Part shown: positions 11,484 through 25,440 of the stretch, piece by piece
Position numbering within the stretch: the first letter of the stretch is position 1
Layout of the letters: each line of letters opens with the position of its first letter
DNA from: Octopus bimaculoides
Taxonomy: Eukaryota
Reading direction: 5' to 3'
DNA: 64,000 nucleotides
Assembly: GCF_001194135.2 (NCBI RefSeq)
Contig: NC_068987.1
Coordinates: 94,618,377-94,682,376, forward strand
The notes under the pieces: model-generated
What the model saw: the letters and a program-made list of their open reading frames with translations, nothing else
Told to the model about the DNA's origin: nothing
The model's database searches: none
Translations under genes and position numbers: made by a program

Positions 11484-11799
11484 TGATACATATTTGAAAG
11501 AGAGAGAGAGAGAGAGAGAGAGAAATGAGGTGATGGAAGAGAGAAAGAAAGTGTATGACAGCTGCAGTCATGTGTCAAAATAAGACAATGAGATGTGCAT
11601 CCATAGTTGTGGTTTGGAGTAGGTTTCTGTGGAAATCTTGTGTTGCCAAAGCACCAGAACCCGCCTCTCTTTCTCTCGCTTGCTCCATTCCCAACATGCC
11701 AGTATTCCAGCAGAGAACACACTAATATGTCTGGCACCAGCCTGACTGCTGAGTACAAGTAAAAATATCTGCCTTGCAGATGAGAAAACACATGCAAGT

Positions 11800-11836
<37 letters not shown>

Positions 11837-12207
11837 CAGGTGACATGCAAATAAATACTCATCCACACTTACGTACACACAGCCATTTAAACGCAGCATG
11901 CATAAATGTGACTGCTAATAATAAAATCTAAATATCAATAACAATTACACCTGATGTATGTCACTTAGAAGACACTTGTCCCCATGAATATTGCAAACTT
12001 CACAATAAAAGAAAACACATTGCACAAACATTATTGGTGAAATAGCCTGCAGTTGCTTCAATACTTGGATGCAAACATATTATGCATTTGAAATGAGCAA
12101 TTGAATTCAATACATAAATCATACAAATCTCCTTTTTACAATATTTGCCTATGCATTCTAGAAGCATTTCTATTTATTTAAAAATATAAGGAAAGAAAAT
12201 CCACAAC

Positions 12208-12246
<39 letters not shown>

Positions 12247-12319
12247 ATCTGTAAACATGGGGATGTATGTATTTGTTTGTTTCTACAAGTGTTTTGCATA
12301 AACATACACACATGTTGTC

Positions 12320-12460
12320 AAGGCTAAATGGTTAAGAAACTTACTTCCCAAATCTGTAATGTCATGTTCAGTCCCACTCTGTGGCACCTTGACCAAGTGT
12401 CCTCTACTATAGCCTCGTTCTGACCAAAGCCTTCTGAGTGGATTTGGTAGGTGGAAACTT
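12320..12460 (+). mobile_element. SINE family A 5' half
   Basis: gttcagtcccactctgtggcaccttgaccaagtgtcc...gagtggatttggtag. Confidence 0.75.
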
Positions 12461-12994
12461 CCTCTTCTGCTTTTTCTGAAAACCTAACCATCATTCATCA
12501 TGATGCCATAATACAAAGCCATCATCTTCATGGCTATCACTACCACCATCAACGCCATTAAAATACCATTATTGCAACCATTATTGTTATCAACATTATC
12601 ATCATTATTATGATTATAACTAACAGCATATTAAATATAATCATGGCTGTTGTTGCAATCATCATCATCATCATCATCATCCATTTCAGTTTTAACATTC
12701 ATGCTGTTCTAGTCACCTATAAATGTCCTTCCTGTCACTGCTTCCTGGTTTCATTCTATGAAACGGAGGAGGAGAACAAATTGGCACAACACTGGTCCAT
12801 CTCAAGTAAGATCATTTGATGAATTGCTGCCTATCTATGTTTGACTGGCATATGGGTCAACTAAAACAAGCAAATAAACCGCATTTATGTGGTTGCTTAG
12901 CATGCTAGAAATAGCAACCAAATCAAATTGTAAAATATTAAAAGGAAGGAGCAATATGTACCACAGAGAGGGGAAACATTAGCTTACTTAGAAA

Positions 12995-13355
12995 ACGGTG
13001 AGGGTTAGCAACAGGTAAGGCTTCCTGCTATTGAAAATGTGTTTCAACAAATTGTCTGACCCATGGAAGCATGGAACAATGAATGTTAAATGATGATTAT
13101 GTGTATGTATTATGAATGTGTGTGTATGTAGTAATTATTTGAGTAAATATACTGATAACATTTCTTTATACAAAGTGTGATTAGTAGAGAGGCATACCTA
13201 CTTCAGAGAGGGGTAGGCAGGTACGCCGGGCCATGAGGAAACATTGCTCTCCTTTGAAACAGGTAAGGGCTGGGAACTAGAAGGACACAGAAAATATACC
13301 TCACCAAATTTCATCTGTTGCAGGAAAACATGCAAAAGTGGATGTTAAATGATGA
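12995..13355 (+). mobile_element. Two diverged SINE family B variant 3' fragments (about 12995-13100 and 13250-13355)
   Basis: Both end in gcatggaa/catgcaaaagtgga...tgttaaatgatg tails. Confidence 0.5.
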
Positions 13356-15639
13356 CAATGGTGATAGGTCCTTACTGTACCATGATCCATTTTGTTGTAT
13401 ATTTAGGGAATGCCATATATAACATTAGGTTTTTTTTTTATTAGGAGAGTAGGATGAAAATCTGGGAAATGTTACTTGTGACTGATAAGAGTTTTAGAGA
13501 GGTTCAACCTTTTCTGTCTACTTAGCATTAAAGAAATCAAAGTTAATCAATCTCTTTTGAATCTTAGGATTTATCAAAAGGATTAAATGATTTCCTTTGC
13601 TACATTTCATGCATACATCTTCTTAATTTGAGCATCTGTCACAGCTTAAACACAAAGAAGCAAATAATAAAAATATCGTCAGCAATAGAATAATCATAAA
13701 GAAAATTTTCAGCTTCTGAACATCAATATCAATTATTTTTATAAAACTGACTGTGACAACATGATTATAATTATCTATAAACAGTTCAGTTTGTGAAAGT
13801 AAATGTTCCATAACCGAACAAAGATCAGAAATATCCCAGTTACTTTTGACTTGATCTGAAGAAATTTACAAGAACACATCCCATAATGTCATTAAAGAAA
13901 GGGATACGAGATGTAACTTCTCTTATACAGAAGTTCTCTAATTACCAGACATAAGAGGATTTCAACAATGCATTAAAAGTAATTGTATTAGTTATATAAA
14001 GAATTCTACAAATGCATGATCTCTATTTAAACACAGGTAGTGAGGGTTTTTGTAAGCTAAATGGTTGGTGCCAGTGATGAGATATGAACTGCTGATCTAA
14101 CTGTCTTGGTATCCTATTTATCTGTCGCATTCCTCCAGCTTTTTATTGTAAATCACCACCATTCATTTTCTTTCTGTCCATCCATTTATCATTCCTTCAA
14201 AAATTATGGGCCACTTGTCTTGGAATGATTTATTGTTTACATCAGTTAACATTCTGCTCTGTAGGAAACTACCAAAGCCAGTATGTTCATATTTTAAAAG
14301 CAGAATAACAAAACTGTTGCATATATTTTCTTTTCAAAATATTCTTCAGAAAGTTATTTGAACATTGCATGTATTTCATATCTTCTCTACAATAATTATT
14401 ACTTGAACATTTTCTTGCAACGTCTCTGATGTAGGGATATATAAAATATCCTGGAAACAGCTGTAAGACCTTCTCTTTATAAATGTTCTGAAAACTATTC
14501 ACAGCCATTATATATATATACTTTATTTAAAAGCAGCAGAAATATCATGCTGCTTTTAAATAATGCATATTACTCTACCTCTGGTATTTGAGTACTCTTT
14601 TTTTTCCACCTTGTTTCACATTTATGTGCTTACTCCGGTATATATATATATATATCTATATATAGATATATATATATACACTCTATTTATATTCACTACA
14701 TTTCTGCAATATCCATATGGCTGTGTATACATGACAGACACACTAGTTATATCACCCTCACTCATCCTTTTATGGAAACAAAGCTGGATGCTTCATTTTG
14801 TTATTCCATTCCATACAATACAACTAACACTCTGCCCACAAATAATAAGATATAACCTCTCTTTCTTCGATCTTCAATTTCCATTTCTTCTTTTATTCTT
14901 CATAATCTATTTATATACTTATTTAAACCACCACCACCACCACCATCATTAAACCACCACCACCACCACTACTATCATCATCATCATCATAATTTTTATT
15001 GTTGTTTTTCATTTGTCTTAATAATACACATAGGCTTTCCTTTTGATGTTTTTATTTCTTTTTTTTCCATTTCTTTTCCCTTCCTACACCAATATCGCAG
15101 CTGCTGTTCTCTTACCCAGAAAATGGTAAAAGCAAAACATTTTTGGTATGGAGTGTTGAATTGCGTGTTGATTGATATAAGCATTGAGCTGAGCTGGAAA
15201 TTAGTTTTTGTCTTTTCCCTCTTCTTAAAAACAAAACAGAACAAAAACATGTTTACTTTAAATCAATAATAATTTTTAAGAATAGTAAAAATAGTGGTGT
15301 ACAAAATTATGATGATGATGAGGAGGAGGATGATAATACAATCAAACAAAAACTAAAACATCAACACACAGTTGTTCCCTGCTTCACAACCTTATTCATA
15401 AAAATGGACTGAAAATTCTCTGTGTATATTGTCTTTTTATTATTTAAAAGATTTGTGTATCTTTATAATATTCATTAAATAACTGTTTAAAAATGAAATG
15501 CCAGAATAACAAATAAAACTAAGTAATACAACAACTCCTATAATAAGAAGGAGGAGGTGATAAAATGTTGAGTGGATAAATAATGCTCATTCCACCACCA
15601 CCCGCCTCTCATCATCAGTCTTGTAAAATAGAGAAAAAA

Positions 15640-15760
15640 TTCTATCAAACTAGAGTCAAAGTAATTAGTACCAGTTATGCACTGGGGTCGATGTAATCGA
15701 CTTAATCCCTTCCCCCAAATTTGAGACCATGAGCTTCTAGTAGAAAGGATTATTATTATT
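15640..15760 (+). mobile_element. SINE family C 3' half
   Basis: agtaccagttatgcactggggtcgatgtaatcgac...agtagaaaggattattattatt. Confidence 0.8.
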
Positions 15761-15982
15761 AAGGCAGTGAGCTGGCAAAGTTGTTAGGACATTGGGCAAA
15801 ATGCTTAGCACTATTTCATCTGCCTTTATGTTCTGAGTTCAAATTCTGCCACGGTCAGCTTTACCATTCATCCTTTCCAGGTCAATAAAATAAGTACTAG
15901 TTGAGGACTGGGGTCGATGTAATCGACATCGCCCCTACCCCTAAACTGCTAGTCTTGTGCCAAAATTTGAAATCATTATTGT
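15761..15982 (+). mobile_element. SINE family C, full length, in the tail of the previous copy
   Basis: aaggcagtgagctggc head, gttctgagttcaaattc B box, ggggtcgatgtaatcgac, (ATT) tail. Confidence 0.85.
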
Positions 15983-15989
15983 CCTTATT

Positions 15990-17045
15990 GTATTCAACAT
16001 TTGATAGTTTCAGGCAAATTTTTATTGTCTCATTGTTCTGTATTTGGTGTTAGGGCCTGTTTTCATTGTTTTGCTTGTATAGTTGTTTGTGGTCAAGCAG
16101 TCTTGTACAGACCTTCTGCTTCAGTTTTTAGTCCAGAACTTGTGAGCCATTGTTGGCTTTTATTGCTTCTCTGTCAAGCCTTGCAGGCTATTGTCCATAG
16201 AGTGATTTTTTTTCTCTCCATTTCTTCCTTACTATATTTTTTAGTTCTGTTTTCATGTTGTTTTTTTTTTTTGTTTCTTTGACCATTTCTGCTACGTTGT
16301 CATCTGAGATCAGTGTATCAGAGTAGTTTGTTTCTGTTTTGTATTTTGTTACCTCCTTGTGTACAGAGAAAAGCATTTTCTTTCTTCATGCTGCTTTACG
16401 ACATGTAGTAGTCTTCCACATTTTGTTTCTAAGTACTTTTCTAATCCAACTGTTGTTATTTCATAGTAATTCTCTACCTGCATTAGACCATGGCCTCCTT
16501 CTGAGTGGGGTAGATATATTCTGTCCATATCTGCTTTGAAGTAGTGACTTCAGAATGCTGTTAATAGTTTTCTGGTTTTCCTACTCAAGTTTCTCAATTC
16601 ACTAATCTTCCAGTTTATTATGTTGAAGCTGTAATTTATGATTGGTATGGCTAGTATGTTTATCCCTATTATCTTATTTTCAGCATTAAGTTCAATGTTT
16701 AATATTAGTCTAACTCTTCTGTAATACTCTCTCCTGATTTTCTCTTTCATTTCCGTCTGCTGTATTTTAGCTGTTTCTGCCATTCCAAGATATTTGTATG
16801 GGTGATTATGGTCTAATTCTCTGATTTCTGTGTCTTGAGTGTCGTCAGTGTTGATTAACTTGTCTCTGCTCAATGTCACTTTTTCATATTTTGTTCAGCC
16901 CCATGCTCATCCCAGTGTCTTTGCTGAAACTGAAGAAGGTTTCTCCGTTCTGTGGTGTTTTTTGTGAAAATTTTAAAGTCATCCATGTATAGGAGATGGT
17001 TTATTGTTTTTCCGTAGCATTTGTAACCCTAGGTAATTTTATTTA
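15990..17045 (-). mobile_element. R4/Dong-like non-LTR retrotransposon RT fragment (pseudogene)
   Basis: INHLLYMDDFK (YMDD about 16975-16990); SKDTGMSMGLNK; YKYLG...EYYRRVRLIL..ELNAENKI..IN.LAIP; RIYLPHSEGGHGL. Confidence 0.8.
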
Positions 17046-17123
17046 GCAAGTTTGTCTGTGGAGTCAAAGCAATGCAGAAAAGCAATGGTGAGATCGAGTC
17101 AGTATTATTATCATTATTATCAT

Positions 17124-17155
<32 letters not shown>

Positions 17156-17469
17156 GCAGCCTTCTTCTTCTTGTAAATAAGAAGAATAATATAAAATACA
17201 AAAAGATATATTTAGTATTTTATGCTTTATAAACAATACATGTGTTTCATCAAATTAACTGCTTGAATTAACAATTTCTTGTAGGATTATAAGATCTTAT
17301 CAAATCCCTGCCCCCTGCCCCCCCCCCATCAGTGTTTAGCAAATGATACAAAGAATGGCCATAAGTTTCAATATTTATTTCTCTTATGCCAATTATAAAA
17401 TGCATCATTGGAGTGCTGGAACTCAGGACATAGCGTAATAGGATAAAGGAAATGTAGCAGAGAAAACTT

Positions 17470-17610
17470 TATTTCATCAACCTCCAAGAGGATGAATGGC
17501 AAAATCAACCTCAGTGGCATTTGAACTCTGACTATAGAGAGCCAGAAGAAATGGTACTAAGTATTTTATCGACTGCACTAACAATTCTACCATCTTGCTG
17601 CTGCTAAACA
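17470..17610 (-). mobile_element. SINE family C, diverged
   Basis: Reverse complement shows cagagttcaaatgccactgaggttgattttgccattcatcc. Confidence 0.6.
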
Positions 17611-17903
17611 GTTTTAGGTTTCTGGTCATAAAAAGAAAAAGGGTAGAGAAGCCTAGTGGTCTGCAATTGTAAAGTTTGTGATAACCACTTTGAACAAGCA
17701 GTCGGATGTTGATTTGTTTGTGGTGGTCAAATTTTGAAGGTTAGTTTCTTTTGTATGTCAGTAGCCAACATGTGAATATTTTGATGCACGACAATGACAA
17801 CAAAAGCTATAAGACCTTCATGAATATAAATCTAATAAATACCGTAATATTTGGACAAAATTCTTAGATTTTTAGTAGAGGTTAGGATTATAGGTGGCGC
17901 TAC

Positions 17904-17946
<43 letters not shown>

Positions 17947-19609
17947 GGTTATTCAGTAATCTCTTGCATACTCTGCACATTGGCAAAAAATGAAATATTG
18001 CTTTATACTTCTGAATGCTTAATTGAGCGTTGACAATTATTGACAAGTAACACATTATTCAGATATATACAAGAGTGGAGGGTATGGCAGGATGTGGAGA
18101 ATTCAAGTGAACCAGTTTGATATTTGTATTTTGTTCCTTTACATCAAGAATTCAAATACCTCCCAGATCTACTTTGCCTTTCATCTTCTTGAGACCAATA
18201 ACTAGTGGAGCTGGTTACTCTGCAGATGGCTATGCTTCACTGTGGTCACAGTCCATTGATTGAAAATCATTATAGGAATAGATCCAACTGCATAATTTAA
18301 TCAAGCTCACTTTACACTATGTACTCACATTGCTCCTAATCTTTATACGTTTTTTTCTTTTTCTTTTAACAGCAGCCTGAGTAGTTGGAACTAGTAACAG
18401 TAGCTTCAGAAATATATATTTCACTAATTTACACTGCTGTCTGCAACTCTATCCTTAGCTAAAATCCATTAAGATGAAATCTTCTGTGATATCGCTTCAA
18501 ACCAATGGAGAGTGGCAATCACTATATTCATCTCATTTTATTGATCCATTTAGATTATAAAATCTAGAATTTATTTCTTTGGACCCCAGTGTTGTATGTT
18601 AACCCCACTTTATTGTTTCTTAGCTATCACTGTTTTTTCCCTCTTTTCCTCTAACTTAAATGGTTTACATTAAGAATGACCTCCATTATCCCTCTCTAAC
18701 ACCTTCTAATCGTTGGCCCTTGAAAAAATTGTCACCTTCATCTCTCTCTCTCTCTCATTCTTTTTGTCTCTCTTTTAGTACCTATCCCCTCACAACTGCA
18801 TCTCATTTTCTTCTCTCTATTTCTCATATTTCCCCCGCCCCCTATGTTTCCCTGTAGTTTTCCTAAGTCCAAGGAGTTTATTTCTTGCTTTCATTTTTTC
18901 CTTTTTTCCACATGTATCTGAGCATATAAACAAGGGAAAACGTATTCAATATCATACAGACTTTATTTATGCATCTGATTCTTGGTTTTCTTAATGTTTG
19001 GTTTAAGAAATGAGAGAGAGAATATTCTACATGTGAGCATCTTTTCTTTTATAAACCAGAGGCAACGGTGTTATCATTTAATGATCTGAAGTATACAGTC
19101 CTCTCCTGAAATATAAAGATAACTGCAGCTAATAAGCTTTTTTTTTCCTTAAGTATTTGTGTTATTTTTTTGTTTCTAATTCTAACCTTTTTCTTTGTTA
19201 TTTTTTCCCCCTCTAAATATAAACAAAATTTACACCAATTTTTCTGAGGAAAGAAATTTTATCAAGGTCTACTCACAGAATATAAAACAAACATCTTAAT
19301 TCTCATTAACCCTTTTAATGAATATGTCATCCTGACATGAATGTATTCAATTATGTGCAAACAAGAGAACCTAATTATCATTATCATTATCATTATGGTG
19401 TTGAACACTTCATCCTCTGACTTACTGAGCAAAATCAAAAACACAAGATGTTTCAAGGGAATCAACATTAAGATGGTGATGATGACATAGTTGGTTCCTT
19501 ATACTAAATGTGTGTATATGTGTGTGTATACACTGGGACTAAGGCGATTTGTTGCATTTGAGAACATGCATTAAGCTAAATAAAATTGCTGTCATTCATA
19601 GATATACTG

Positions 19610-19870
19610 GCTGGTCCTTTACAGGTGCCAGTGCCACATAAAATGCACTTATGCCAGTCCTGTATAGATGCACCTGTGCTGGTAGCACATGAAAAGCACC
19701 AATCCGACTCTGTAAAGTGGTTGGTGTCAGGAAGGGCATCCAGTCATAGAAACGATGCTACAACAGACAGTTGGGAGTCTGGACAACTCCCTGATTGGCC
19801 AGCTTCTGTCATCAAACCATCCAAGCCATGCCAGCATGGAAAATGGATGTTAACCAATAATGATGATGTA
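19610..19870 (+). mobile_element. SINE family B
   Basis: gtggttggtgtcaggaagggcatccag...ccatgccagcatggaaaatggatgttaa. Confidence 0.8.
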
Positions 19871-19886
19871 TATATATACAAATATA

Positions 19887-19971
<85 letters not shown>

Positions 19972-19973
<2 letters not shown>

Positions 19974-20200
19974 TCATCATCATCATCATTCTTTAACGTC
20001 TGTTTTTCATGCTGACATGTGTTGGATAGTTTGACTAGATTTGGCAAGCAAGAGAACTGCATCAGGTTCCAGTTTGATTTGGTTTGGTTTCTGTGTCTGG
20101 ATGCCCTTCTTAATGCCAATTGCTTTACAATGTGTGCTGGGTATTTTGAATGTAGCCACCAACACAAGCATTTTTACATGGTACAAGCAGGAGTGCTTTT
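19972..20200 (-). mobile_element. SINE family B, tail-to-tail with the previous copy
   Basis: (CAT)n-tttaacgtctg...ctggatgcccttcttaatgccaa. Confidence 0.8.
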
Positions 20201-23200
20201 CATAGGACCCTGGCAAAGGGCTCTTGCAGGTCAATCCTCTTCATCAGGGGCAATATATGTAGATATCTATTACTGTAAGTCATTTGTGCCACACTGAAAA
20301 CATGAGAATGAAGACTTGAGTCAGGTTGGGTCAGGATTTCAGAATTTAATTAGTTGGTAGGCATATTTGAATAGCAAAACACTCTTATCATCCTTACCAT
20401 TTTCCAATACCAATTAAGGGAATGACGTATACAAAATTTTATCTAATCATTCAAAGAAGAATTCATTGTATGCATGGAAGAATTCGAGAACAGCAATATA
20501 TCAAAATATTTATAAGTTAGTGCTCAACTCCTTTTTTAATAAAATAAATGTATTTATATCAACATCGTCTGGATTGTATGATAATTGGCCCCAAATGCAA
20601 CACTGGTGATTGGAATATGAATATTTGATCAATTAGCTCCTGTTCTATAGAATCAGCAAGCTAACCCACTTTGATGATAATTTTCAATGTTTTAATATAC
20701 AACTACATCAATGGATGCATTTATTACATAGTTGGATTGAACGAAAAAAAACAATAAACAACATGGCCTTAGAGAAGAATTTAGATTGCTTAAAATTCAA
20801 TTTCAGCTTCAAAATCAGCTTCAAAATATAATTGTATGTTGGAAAACTATGAACACTCTTGCCTAATTACATTNNNNNNNNNNTACATACAAATGTATGT
20901 ATGTAAGAGAGAGAGAAAGAGAGAGAGAGAGAGACCTAACTAGTGAAACAGGCTGGTAAGCTTGATTAAAGTTAAATGAAAACCTATTTAATCATCCATA
21001 CTAAGAGAAAATAAAGAAATAAAACTAACGATGACAAAAAGACTGATGACAACAACAGTTGTATGGCTGCCGAGGACAATAAGATTGATGTTAATGGTGT
21101 TGGTGACAGGGTAACTAGTGATGGTGATTATGTTGACCATAATGATGATGATGGTGGTGGTGGTGGTGGTGATAGGCTGCTGCTATGATGATGTTGGGAA
21201 TTCTAACTTTCAAACTGATGATGATGGTAACATTAAAACTGGTGAAGATAATAAGTCATCATCTAAATCTGATAAAAATTTGTCTAAATCACAGATTTTC
21301 AAGTCTGAATTTCATTAGGATGAAGGCTAACAACATGTCTTTCTTATCCTCATATCTGTGTGTGTGATTAGGTGAGTCTCAAATAATGGGNNNNNNNNNN
21401 NNNNNNNNNNNNNNNNNNNNNNNNNNGGGGAAATCAATATAGACCAGAGAGAAGCAAACCACTAAAACCCCTAAAAAGCTTTGTACTGAATCAAAGGGAA
21501 TCAATGAGTGTGTCCATGCTAGTATTAGTGATACAAGTTGATTGAACCATGTTAAGACTGGTGTCTACATGGACTTCACATAATACAACAGAGGCCAGTC
21601 TTGTTTATGTTATAACAGCCATTCAGCTGTTGCAGCAAATTTCAGTTTTTGTTTTGTATGTTTGTTTGCATGTGTACAAGCTGTACAGTAACTTTGCATG
21701 CAACAGTCATATGCATATGCATTTCATATATTTCTTAAGTGAACTTACTGCATATACATACATCATTCACATTACATTGTCATCATCATCTTCAGAAACA
21801 ACCTCTCAGTTTCACTGGACGTTTTCTATGTCTGTTCAACAATAAGTATAATTTAAGATTCAGAATAGACCTTGAAGAGCTTGTGATTGGCAACAAAAGA
21901 ACTTTGACAAACACCTGATTGATTGTTTAACCAGCACATTAAACAAATGGTCAATTAGTTAGGTGGTTAGATTTTTAATCAACTGACTACAAATAAAGAA
22001 GTGATACTGAACCAATGCATTTGCTGTTAATATTAGTGTAATGACCCTCCCAAGACATTTCAAGATTTGTTTCAACATACAAATTCACATCAAGAATCTT
22101 GCAAACCAAATACAAAAATAAAGTATTATTTAAGCAGTTTATATTTTATTTATTGTTTATTTTTAAATAGTTCTTTTTTGTCTCTCGGTCTCATGTCATG
22201 GTTGCCCTGTAGAAGTTTAATATTGTGATTTGAGTTGAATTGACTTGAGGTTTTAAATAACTAAGAAAGAGTTGATCCTGAAAGCTGTGCCTCCAGCAAG
22301 TTTGGCAGAGCTATCTTGATCATGCTTATCATCATCATCATCATCATCATCTTACTTGTTTGTAATAAAAGGATGGATGATGGCCAGTGTAGTAGAGTGT
22401 TGGTAAGTTGGTAAGTTTTGGTTTCAAATCCTATTGCATTTGGTTTTGCTTTTCATCCCTGAGAGATTAATAAATGAACAACAGTAATAAAGTGGTATTG
22501 ATTTAATCTGTTTAGGGGTCTGTAGATCCCTAGACAGATTCAAGGCCTTGTGTCAATGGGAAAATGAATTTACTCAGTGTTGTTATTATTCCTGTGCTTG
22601 TTCTTGGTCATTTACTCTAGTGATAAATCCATTTAACTTACTCTCCTTAATGCTTGACACTTGAAACAGTTTCCAGTTTTAAAATGGAAAAAAGTATCAA
22701 ATTAATTTCTTTGAAGATAATATTAAGGCATACTAAGAAGTGGCCAAGTGATACGGATGGGGGGACAAATAACATTTGAAACAATGATGAGGATGGGGAG
22801 AAGTTAATATTGTTTAGTACCAGGTTATCTCTCATCAAGCAAAACTCTGATCAAAGCAAATCCATGACCATCCTGTCTTTTCCAAATATGGAATTCTCGA
22901 ACTGCATTACTATGCATATCTTTTCCTTTTTGAAGAGGTTAGGTTGTTATATGAGGAGATATGGCTTCTATTTCTAGCAAGTGAAACTACTACATGGTGG
23001 TTTCTTTATTGGTCGGATGATTAATGCAGCACATAAAAAAAATTGACAGAAAAAAATGCCTGAAAATATTCAAGTTTCTTAAATGAAAATTCAAATTTGT
23101 GTTTGATCCTTCTAGCAGTGGTCAACATTACAGTGGTAGAGAGGAATGATCAAAAAATACCAGTTATATTACTGGGGCTCATTTGGTTTTGTCTTATGTT

Positions 23201-23591
23201 ATCTATGCAATTGGTCTGGTGCCAAAGTAAGAAATAATAATAATTATTGTTATTCTTTCTATTGTTAGCATCATGGTTGTCCTCCTCCTCCTCCTCCTCA
23301 TCGCCGTCGTCGTCGTCATCGGCATCACCATCATCATCGGCATCACCATCATTGTCTCTTATTTCTATTAGTTATTGCAACTGAATTCTTTTATGGCTGA
23401 ATCTCCGTATCAACTTTCTTCCATAAATTGTTCAACGTGGAATTTATTGATTTCGTTCTATCGATCCAACAATCGATTAGAAATAACAGCTACACATTTT
23501 TATGTCTTGTTTTGTATTTTTTCATTTCTTTTTCATATTTCTTTCTTCCCCCACCTACACATTCCATACTACACACACATTATTATTATTA

Positions 23592-23625
<34 letters not shown>

Positions 23626-25440
23626 CATCTCTTATTTTTCTTGTTATTGTTGTAATTATTATTCCTGCTTTATTTCTCTTTCACATGTATATGTCTTCTG
23701 TTCACTTTTGTTTTTTATTTCATTCTATTTTATATTCTGTTGTTTTATTTCTATCTTATTTGATTTTGTTTAATTAATTCTTATGCTTTTCTGTATAATT
23801 TCTCTTTTTTCTTCACACTCTTAACTTTTCTCATCTCTCTCTTTCTCTCTCTCACACACACACACACTCTCTTTCTTTCTCTCTCCCTCCCTCTCTACTC
23901 TCTTCAACTCCCACCCTGATACACTCTCTTAACTAACATCGCCACTACCATTACTAGCAGTACCATCACCACTGCTACCATCACTGCCACCACTACTATA
24001 ATGACGACCACCTCCACCACCATGACCACCACCATCATCATCATCATCACCATCATTACCAATATTACAACTATCTATGTCATCTTCCATTTTTACACCT
24101 CCACATCTCTGTTCTGTTCTTCTGTAGAATTTCTGGAAAATGACTTTTCCCTAACAAGTCCTGCAGCTTTCATTGATTCTGATCAACAACAGGAACAACA
24201 AAAACAACAACAGCATTAGCTATTATATTGAGAATGATGATGATGATGATGATGATGATTCTCAATATAATATTTTCTCCCCACCCTACCTCTCTCTTGT
24301 ATTTATTTTTTACATTATTTTTTCCATTGAAAAAACATTTCAATGCTTTCACAAAAGTCTTTAGTATTGATTTTTCAAATTTAATTATGAAACTTGCATG
24401 AACACAACCTCACACACAGATCATGTGAACACAGACATACATGCACTCATGCACATACACACGTATGCAGATAGCCTACACTCACACAATCACCACATGC
24501 AAACACATATCCATTGAGAGGATATTATTTTGAACATCACTGAAGAATTCATTCATTTACACACACTCACAAAAAGGAACACAGTATTTTTCTTATAACT
24601 CTCATTCAAATACATACACACACGCACCTAAATGTGTGTATGAGTTACTAACCAGCCATGAACAACAACATTAGCAGTTAGGCACAAACACACATGATGT
24701 GTGTATATAATGAATATTTTCAGATGTACGTGTTCATGTGAAGATATGTATGTATGTGCACACACACACAATTGTAAACATATAAATCCATATGTTTTCA
24801 TTCATATTTTGTTTTCTGCACCAACGTACTCTCAATTGATAACTGTATATGTGGACATACAACATCTATATAGTGGCCTCCATATTGATTTATTATACGC
24901 ATTTCCATACATCTCACAAATACACACCTATGTGCACAACTGAACACCCATTTAAGTACATATTCATACTTTCCATACAGGTTATTAAAAGGTTATCGAA
25001 AAAATATTACATTCATGCTATTAATTTGACCTACATAAAGAGATGCTTTCATACATATGTTTTTGTCAGTTATCCGTCCTAGAGCTGCTATCTACATTGT
25101 AGGTGGGGCCCATGTATAAGATGGCAAGAGTAGTAATTATGATGGCAAGTATTGTTGCTGCTCTGCAGGCAATGGAAATATTTCTCATGACCTATGTAGG
25201 GCTCTGTAAGGCTGTATATATATATGTAAAAAGAATTGAAGGTAATACTATGCAACTTCATGAAAATAATCATTATTATTATTACAAGCAAATCTACCCT
25301 TCTATGATGGAGGCATGAAATGAGGGAAGCAAGTCATAACAGCTGTATGCATTGAGAAATGTGTGAATGGACTTGATAGATTACTGGGTGATGTCTTAGA
25401 GTAATCACATTATTGTTGGTGATACAGCATTCTATTGCAA

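Noticed and set aside
21000-21376. Acidic coding-like stretch (KTNDDKK...DDDGGGG) with a strong donor TAG|GTGAGT at 21371
   Set aside because: Degenerate GAT/GGT repeats; the nearest upstream acceptors (21291, 21318) give stops in the needed phase.
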